A stretch of DNA of 64,000 nt from an uncultured Gammaproteobacteria bacterium. Lineage in GTDB: Bacteria > Patescibacteriota > Microgenomatia > UBA10105 > UBA927. Under the pieces are notes generated by a model, which saw only the letters and a program-made list of their open reading frames with translations, searched no databases and was not told the origin of the DNA. The stretch lies in assembly GCA_964527425.1 (NCBI GenBank), contig CAZGOA010000003.1, positions 97,048 to 161,047 of the forward strand. Direction: 5' to 3'. Positions 57,776-64,000 of the stretch are shown in pieces; within the stretch, counting starts at the first letter, position 1, and each line of letters opens with the position of its first letter. A program made the translations under genes and the position numbers.

Positions 57776-60430
57776 ATGAAAAAGAGAATTCTACAATTCG
57801 TCGTATTGCTTTATACGACAATCTTCTTCACCACATCTGTAATTGCTACGAAGGGTGGTATTAACGTTGGACCATATTATGATCAATTCCCATTGGTGTC
57901 AGCTGCACTTGGACCGGGCTCCTGGGTGTATGCACTCGGATGTCCAGCAGATGTGGCACGCATGGAGACTGCTTATAGTAGTACCTCCAATCTGAACCTA
58001 ATGATTAGAGCCTATTTAAAGGCAGGCGATGTAGGCACAACAGAACAGGCTGTTCAATTGGCTAAAGACTGGGGACAGGCTCTCAGAGCCCTAAATACAC
58101 CAAATATTGTGTACTTTGTTCCTGCCAATGAAATTAATAACCCTGTTGAAGGATTTGCAGAGCGATCAACCGGACGGTTTAATGAAACAGCATTTGATAA
58201 TCTCCAAACCTATTTAACAACGCTTAGTCAGGAAATTGCCGATGTAAGAGGCACAAAAATAGTTTTATTATCCCCTACTGTTGATCCTGGATTTCTATCT
58301 GATAAGGCTGAAGCACAAAGACCATTTATGCAACGAATCCCTTGGGATAGCTATGATGGAACAGCAGTATCTATGTACGGTGAATATTCGGGACTGTCAC
58401 TCAATACAGCCGCTCACCCAGTAAAACAAGGTGATTTTACCCAATTGCCATTATTGGGAGTAAGCATTACAAAAGGACTCTATATAGTTGAAACTGGTGT
58501 CAGAAACACCAGTGATCCGGGAGTGTTATACGCAGAAAACACCCCCCAGATTATTGATTATCTTTCAGTTCAGACACCAAGCTGGAATGACTCTGTAAAG
58601 TCAGCCATTATTTTCTCTTACAATCCAGATGAAGGCGGAGACAGAAATCCCTGGATTTACAGTGCAACCGGAGTGCTCAATGCACTTAAAAGTAAGGGGG
58701 CTGGGCCACCTGTGCGTCCAACAAATGTAGGACCAGTGGGAAGTTTTGATGGATTAACAGGATGTGTATCGGAAAGTGAAACACCGATATTTGCTGATAA
58801 AGGCGATCAAAACGAACGTGTTAATTTAAACATTCGTCAGACCAAATTGTATAATTCTGCCGCAGCACTATCGGGACTGGCACAAGTATTCTATGGTGAC
58901 GCAAATTATTTTGTTGACCAAGTTTCAGCTGCCATTGCGGCAATCAGACCGAATGGCCCTGGCGTTCTTCCTGATTTCGTTCTTGAAAAGAATGTGTTAG
59001 CAGACACCTTGCCTCAACTACTTCCGGGTGAATATCAAGTACTAACTCAAAAAGAAGAACTTCCATCCCCAGGAAAAATTGGTATAAAACTTGATACCGA
59101 ATCCGCCCCCGCTTCTATACGAGCTTCAGTATATACTCAAAGAGAACAACTGGATACAACAGGTACTGCCAACCAAATTGTAGTAACCCAACAAGTTATT
59201 GATGGAAAAACTGTTGCTCAACCAGCCACCAATGTGGAATGGGCAAAACCGTTACGATCTCTAAATACTGTCTATTGTGCAGTCTCGGCCAACTGTAAAT
59301 TAACGCCAAGTGAGGGTAATGTTGCAAATTTAAGAAGGCCACCACAAATTCTTGCACCTGGAACAGTGCCGAATCAATCAAATACTGGAGAGTCCGTTCA
59401 AACACAGCTAACACCATCCGCTGGTGAAATTCAGTTTAATGAAAACAATATCGACTTATTAGTAAGAATTTTAGCTGACTTAAGTCCTGATCCTTCAACT
59501 GAACAAATCACTGCCAATGCTGAAACTGGATTTGGACTCGTTTCGGAAACGTATATTTCTGACTTTACACCTCCAGAATATAAAGTCGATGGGAAAAACT
59601 ACATTAATGCCAGACTTCCCTACCAGGTGCTTCCGGATTTTTCCCGCAATGCTCGAATGGAAAATGCGTATTCGACAGGCGGCAATGTTGAGGGTCTTAA
59701 TACAATAGCCTTGGTCGTTGAGGATGGTAAAGGTATGGAAGATGGATACAACAAAGTGCTGTGTAGTTCTGTACCATACAAGTCGCCTGAATGGTATAAA
59801 CACTGTTCTGAAAATCTTACACCAAACACCAGTGACTGGGCAATTAATGGAGAAACATCGCCAGTTTCACTCCCTGTTACCGTTCCTCTTGACTCTACTC
59901 CACTTGGGGCAGCTATGACTGAGGCCAGTAGAGGAAAAGCCCCTGCGTGTGTTTTGCAGGCTGTAAACTATATTGAGAATCCAAATTGGACTCCAACAAC
60001 ATCCTGTACCATTAATGCCTGCAGCGCTGCCGGACCGTTTCAAATTACAACAGGTATAGATGGGAACGGCAATACTACTTGTCCACGTTGCGGCTCACTT
60101 GGATACTGTCCGGATGCATGGCCAAATAATTGGCCGATCAATTCCAGTCAGCCTAGCCCGTGTGATGCAAAATTTGCAGCATCTGTGGCTATTGACCTAT
60201 ATAAATCAAAAGCAAGCTACTGGACTGCTCGAAACTTAGGTATAGCACAAACACTATCAGAGAATGCTTCAATTGAATCACAAAAAAACGCAATAATCTT
60301 AGGTGGAGATAGTTATTATGGCAGCTCAGTCAGCATACCTCGTCTGGGAGGATGTTCATATGGAGAGTTTGTCTATAAACACTGTACTGGCGGTAGCTAT
60401 CAATGTGGCGGAGCTAGACCACGTCTATAG
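57776..60430 (+). CDS. Large secreted protein: GH clan-A-like TIM barrel plus C-terminal Cys-rich lysozyme/SLT-like domain
   Basis: Signal peptide MKKRILQ; PANEINNP and YIVETG; AVNYIEN...SAAGPFQI. Confidence 0.65.
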   Translation: MKKRILQFVVLLYTTIFFTTSVIATKGGINVGPYYDQFPLVSAALGPGSWVYALGCPADVARMETAYSSTSNLNLMIRAYLKAGDVGTTEQAVQLAKDWGQALRALNTPNIVYFVPANEINNPVEGFAERSTGRFNETAFDNLQTYLTTLSQEIADVRGTKIVLLSPTVDPGFLSDKAEAQRPFMQRIPWDSYDGTAVSMYGEYSGLSLNTAAHPVKQGDFTQLPLLGVSITKGLYIVETGVRNTSDPGVLYAENTPQIIDYLSVQTPSWNDSVKSAIIFSYNPDEGGDRNPWIYSATGVLNALKSKGAGPPVRPTNVGPVGSFDGLTGCVSESETPIFADKGDQNERVNLNIRQTKLYNSAAALSGLAQVFYGDANYFVDQVSAAIAAIRPNGPGVLPDFVLEKNVLADTLPQLLPGEYQVLTQKEELPSPGKIGIKLDTESAPASIRASVYTQREQLDTTGTANQIVVTQQVIDGKTVAQPATNVEWAKPLRSLNTVYCAVSANCKLTPSEGNVANLRRPPQILAPGTVPNQSNTGESVQTQLTPSAGEIQFNENNIDLLVRILADLSPDPSTEQITANAETGFGLVSETYISDFTPPEYKVDGKNYINARLPYQVLPDFSRNARMENAYSTGGNVEGLNTIALVVEDGKGMEDGYNKVLCSSVPYKSPEWYKHCSENLTPNTSDWAINGETSPVSLPVTVPLDSTPLGAAMTEASRGKAPACVLQAVNYIENPNWTPTTSCTINACSAAGPFQITTGIDGNGNTTCPRCGSLGYCPDAWPNNWPINSSQPSPCDAKFAASVAIDLYKSKASYWTARNLGIAQTLSENASIESQKNAIILGGDSYYGSSVSIPRLGGCSYGEFVYKHCTGGSYQCGGARPRL

Positions 60431-60454
60431 CTTTGAAAGCTGTCAAAACAAGCT

Positions 60455-60483
60455 TTGACTTTTATCTTATAAATTGATACTAT
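60455..60483 (+). promoter_or_regulatory. Sigma70-type promoter of secE-nusG
   Basis: TTGACT-17 nt-TACTAT. Confidence 0.65.
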
Positions 60484-60525
60484 TGACATACCCCTCAAAG
60501 GGGTGTTTTGTTATTTATAGACCTT

Positions 60526-60738
60526 ATGGCAAACTCAAGCTTAACCAAAGTCAAATCAATTCCACCAATTCGATTTGTGCAGGAAGTTTGGGCAGAACTG
60601 AAAAAAGTTACCTGGCCATCAAGACAAGAAACAATAAAACTAACCCTCGTGGTTATAACCGTAGCAGCCGCTATTGGCTTTTTTGTAGGCGGACTTGATA
60701 TTTTATTTATTAACCTATCAAGAATAGTTTTCCGCTAA
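60526..60738 (+). CDS. secE: Preprotein translocase subunit SecE
   Basis: EVWAELKKVTWPSRQE, one TM; start reassigned to MANS. Confidence 0.96.
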   Translation: MANSSLTKVKSIPPIRFVQEVWAELKKVTWPSRQETIKLTLVVITVAAAIGFFVGGLDILFINLSRIVFR

Positions 60739-60748
60739 ATACACATCT

Positions 60749-61402
60749 ATGGCAAGCAAAAAAATTAAACCAAACAAAGAAGAAAACGACACACAATCTC
60801 AAGCTGAACAACCAGTTGTTCAAACAGAATCTACAGATACATCGTCACAGACAACAACGACACAAGCTGCAGAATCGCCAAACACTAAATGGTATGTCAT
60901 CCATACCTATTCTGGTCACGAAAACAAAGTAGCAACCACTATGAAGCAACGTATTGAAACCATGCAGCTTCAAAACAGAATTTTTGAAATTGTTGTTCCA
61001 ACAAGAAATATTGTCACCGTCAAACACGGAAAAAAAGAAGAACAGAAGGAAAAAATCTTCCCGGGGTACATCTTAGTTAAAATGATTCTGGATGACGAAA
61101 CCTGGTTAGCAGTGCGTACAACACAGGGTGTTACAGCATTTGTCGGAGCTGGTACCAAACCGACACCAATTTCAGATAAAGAAGTTCAAACTATCTTGAA
61201 ATTCATGGCATTAGAAGCGCCTAAATACAAAGCTTCCTTCTCGGTTGGTGAAGCGGTCAAAATCGTTGATGGACCGTTTGCAGACTTTCTTGGATCAATT
61301 GATTCGATAGATGAAGCCAAGGGTAAAATCAAAGTACTGGTATCAATATTTGGCCGCGAAACGCCAGTTGAACTTGATTTCTTGCAGGTATCTAAATTAT
61401 AA
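60749..61402 (+). CDS. nusG: Transcription termination/antitermination factor NusG
   Basis: WYVIHTYSGHENKV, FPGY, DGPFADF, IFGRETPVEL. Confidence 0.98.
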   Translation: MASKKIKPNKEENDTQSQAEQPVVQTESTDTSSQTTTTQAAESPNTKWYVIHTYSGHENKVATTMKQRIETMQLQNRIFEIVVPTRNIVTVKHGKKEEQKEKIFPGYILVKMILDDETWLAVRTTQGVTAFVGAGTKPTPISDKEVQTILKFMALEAPKYKASFSVGEAVKIVDGPFADFLGSIDSIDEAKGKIKVLVSIFGRETPVELDFLQVSKL

Positions 61403-61415
61403 AGAACGACACATT

Positions 61416-62639
61416 TTAATACGTTTGATCATTAATGCGAAATCCCAAAGAGGTAATCAGTTCATAAGTGAATTTTAAACGATCATTCACTGTCATTTCA
61501 GGCAACATTTGACGCATTCTTCCTTGAAGTATTAGTAATCTATTAAATCCAACCTGATATTGAGCTTTACGCTGAATATCAGTAATAGCCTGAAGTATTC
61601 CTTCAGGTAATCGCTTTCTATTATTTGATGCAGACGTCATTATATGAAAAATTTTAATAAAATTTTCAGCGATTAATTCATGCTGTTTAAACACTTCATT
61701 TAATAATTCATTGCTGAAGCTAGTTTTTTTTGCATGTATCTCAAACAATCGAAGTATATTTGCCCAAACAAGAGGATCTGGTGACACTGAACGAAATAAC
61801 TGCTTGAGTTCTTCAACATCAACGTTTGTATTAAGGTACCCGACAGATCTTTCCCCTACAAACAGACGCGATTGCCATTCTGGCAAGGTAGTTGAACTTG
61901 AGAAAGGAATAACTAAATACCCTTCACTATCAACTGGTACCGGCGTCGGATTATATGAATCCTCTCCCTGTACAATTGTTCCGTCATCAAACTCCTCGGA
62001 TAATTCAATAGTTAAATCTGAAGTCAACGAAAGATTTTCTGAACCCATCATCGCAAACAGCTTTTGTTTTTTTTCTTCAGGAATTGCACCTATAGATTCT
62101 TTATGTATAGCTTTGTATAAATTATTAACAGTTACCCATAAGTCCATTCCCTGAATACGTGTTTCTCTAAACACATCCATAAATTTTTGTCCTTTACTGC
62201 GAGCATAGGCCTGCAATACGTATGTTAAATTTGCTACTATTATTTTCCTTTGTGAAAATGTTGTATTACCCTTAAAAAAATCAGTAACGATGCTACTGTA
62301 CTTAATTAATATCTCTGCCTTCTTTTTTTCTGTTAATGGTCCTCCACCTGCTTTAATCTCTTCACGATGAACTATATACGGTACAATACTCTCATCTTCA
62401 TTATCTGGTTTCACATGATTTATCCCACGCCCTAATTCTTCAAAAAAAGACTGAAACACTGGTTCATCAACAAACAAGAAATTACGAGCAGAAAGTACCT
62501 CATAATAAGAAGTTACGTTCCTTATATTTTCAATAATTTTCCCCCTTGTAACGGGATCTTCAATATTTAACCAATCAAATGAGAAATTTCTATTATTGTC
62601 TGTTTGATCAGGTACCGATGGAAGCTCAGGAATATGCAT
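61416..62639 (-). CDS. Hypothetical protein
   Basis: 407-aa ORF filling the nusG-rplK gap; no motif recognised. Confidence 0.65.
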   Translation of the reverse strand: MHIPELPSVPDQTDNNRNFSFDWLNIEDPVTRGKIIENIRNVTSYYEVLSARNFLFVDEPVFQSFFEELGRGINHVKPDNEDESIVPYIVHREEIKAGGGPLTEKKKAEILIKYSSIVTDFFKGNTTFSQRKIIVANLTYVLQAYARSKGQKFMDVFRETRIQGMDLWVTVNNLYKAIHKESIGAIPEEKKQKLFAMMGSENLSLTSDLTIELSEEFDDGTIVQGEDSYNPTPVPVDSEGYLVIPFSSSTTLPEWQSRLFVGERSVGYLNTNVDVEELKQLFRSVSPDPLVWANILRLFEIHAKKTSFSNELLNEVFKQHELIAENFIKIFHIMTSASNNRKRLPEGILQAITDIQRKAQYQVGFNRLLILQGRMRQMLPEMTVNDRLKFTYELITSLGFRINDQTY

Positions 62640-62791
62640 AAATGAATAAGAAATAAGTATATCATACTATAGCAATTAATACTGGTATGTATAACTATAT
62701 TTTACTGTATATGAACGGTTGAAAACCGTATTCGAGGTAAAAGGACACGTCAGCCTTTACCTGTCAAATTCTTTGTGATATACTACACAAA

Positions 62792-62881
62792 CCTCAATCA
62801 TTTGAGGGAGAAACCGGGAATCGTTGGTTTCGATAGTGTTTGCATTTTTAACTACTTCTATTCTTACAATTCCCGGATTCT
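62792..62881 (+). promoter_or_regulatory. Structured 5' leader of rplK-rplA
   Basis: TGATATACT extended -10 ending at 62784; hairpin CCTCAA/TTGAGG; stem CCGGGAAT (62814)/ATTCCCGG (62869). Confidence 0.5.
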
Positions 62882-62916
62882 GAATCGATATATAAATATC
62901 TCAATTTTAAATAGAT

Positions 62917-63342
62917 ATGGCAGCAAAAAAAGTAAAAACCATTATTAAGCTCAATTTACCTGCAGGATCTGCAACACCAGCTCCTCCCGTTGGACCAGCT
63001 CTTGGACAACATGGTTTACCAATCATGGAGTTTATCAAAGCGTATAACGACAGAACTGCCAAACAAAAAGGTCAAATTATTCCAGCTGTCATTACAGTCT
63101 ATGAAGACCGAACGTTTACCTTTATTACCAAACTTCCACCTGTATCTGCCATGATTATGAAAGCACTGAATATCTCTAAAGGTTCAGGCAAACCAGGTCG
63201 AGAATCAGGTGGAAAGTTAACGAAAGCTCAAGTAGAACAAATCGCAAAAGACAAATTAGCAGACATGAATACTTCCGATGTTCCTCAAGCCATGAAAATG
63301 GTTGAAGGAGCAGCCAGAAGTATGGGGATTCAAGTTGAATAA
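62917..63342 (+). CDS. rplK: 50S ribosomal protein L11
   Basis: [20 protein letters not shown]. Confidence 0.98.
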   Translation: MAAKKVKTIIKLNLPAGSATPAPPVGPALGQHGLPIMEFIKAYNDRTAKQKGQIIPAVITVYEDRTFTFITKLPPVSAMIMKALNISKGSGKPGRESGGKLTKAQVEQIAKDKLADMNTSDVPQAMKMVEGAARSMGIQVE

Positions 63343-63354
63343 AAAGGATAATTT

Positions 63355-64000
63355 ATGGGAAAAGTACGACATGTCATTATTGGCGACGAAACAGAAGAAC
63401 TAGAGCAAAAGAAAAAGAGTCAGGCTCGTCGTGAAGCTAAAAAAGCAAAAAAGCAAAAAGAAGAACCTACAACAGAAGGTGAAACTTCTGCTGCCTTAGA
63501 ACCTCAAACAGAGGATAAAAAATCAAACGCACCAAAATCGACAAAACAACCCAAAGTAAAATCTAAAAAATACCAAGAAGTGGCGAAATTAGTCGATAAA
63601 ACTAAACTCTACTCGATTAAAGAAGCAACAGAACTTGTAAAGAAAACAAGTATAACTAAATTTGATGGAACTATCGAAATCCATATCAATTTAAATCCTC
63701 TTACTTTAGCAGGGAAAACTGAATTCCGAGGAGTGACAATTCTCCCTCACGGCACTGGTAAAGAAGTCAAAGTTGCAATCGCTGATGATGATTTAATAAA
63801 AACACTTGAGACTGGAAAAATCGAATTTGATGTTTTAGTTGCTCATCCTACAATGATGGCAAAACTCGCCAAATTTGCTCGCGTATTGGGTCCAAAAGGC
63901 CTTATGCCTAATCCTAAAAACGGCACAGTCTCCCCTGATCCAGAAAAAAGGGCAAAAGAGTTAAAAGGCGGAGAAGTTAATTTTAAAACAGAGCCAAATA
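63355..64000 (+). CDS. rplA: 50S ribosomal protein L1 (truncated by the window end)
   Basis: KFDGTIEIH, LPHGTGK, LGPKGLMPNPKNGTV. Confidence 0.97.
   Translation, partial: MGKVRHVIIGDETEELEQKKKSQARREAKKAKKQKEEPTTEGETSAALEPQTEDKKSNAPKSTKQPKVKSKKYQEVAKLVDKTKLYSIKEATELVKKTSITKFDGTIEIHINLNPLTLAGKTEFRGVTILPHGTGKEVKVAIADDDLIKTLETGKIEFDVLVAHPTMMAKLAKFARVLGPKGLMPNPKNGTVSPDPEKRAKELKGGEVNFKTEPN

Noticed and set aside
43700-60500. Prophage or integrative element at tRNA-Trp
   Set aside because: No integrase, phage or conjugation genes and no distal tRNA 3'-end repeat seen; the content is typical chromosomal envelope genes.

Overview
This is a core-chromosome segment of a low-GC bacterium, most likely Patescibacteria/CPR of the Microgenomates type. 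That call rests on the divergent 16S, the L1 architecture and the gene content, and it needs a database check. Genetic code 11 is used. RNA genes are a stand-alone 16S rRNA with its own promoter, boxA, processing stem and terminator, four tRNAs (Thr-TGT, Tyr-GTA, Thr-GGT, Trp-CCA) and an unannotated ~160-nt structured RNA with 6S-like hallmarks. Housekeeping genes include topA, dprA, mrdA, mreB, def, fmt, rpmB, rpmG, galU, secE, nusG, rplK and a partial rplA. The window also holds many GT-C type membrane glycosyltransferases, an envelope redox set (thioredoxin, DipZ, membrane-anchored MsrB) and many orphan or surface proteins. The best candidate for an undescribed system is a VKOR fused to a class-2 dihydroorotate dehydrogenase (863-2353), next to an EamA transporter and stand-alone riboflavin kinase pair. 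Other highlights are a pervasive leaderless-mRNA promoter architecture, the 6S-like RNA, a secreted GH-A plus lysozyme-like protein, and the conserved tRNA-rpmG-secE-nusG-rplK-rplA cluster spread over ~29 kb by inserted genes. No integrase, transposase, CRISPR array or prophage was recognised. All protein calls come from reading motifs by eye, not from searches.
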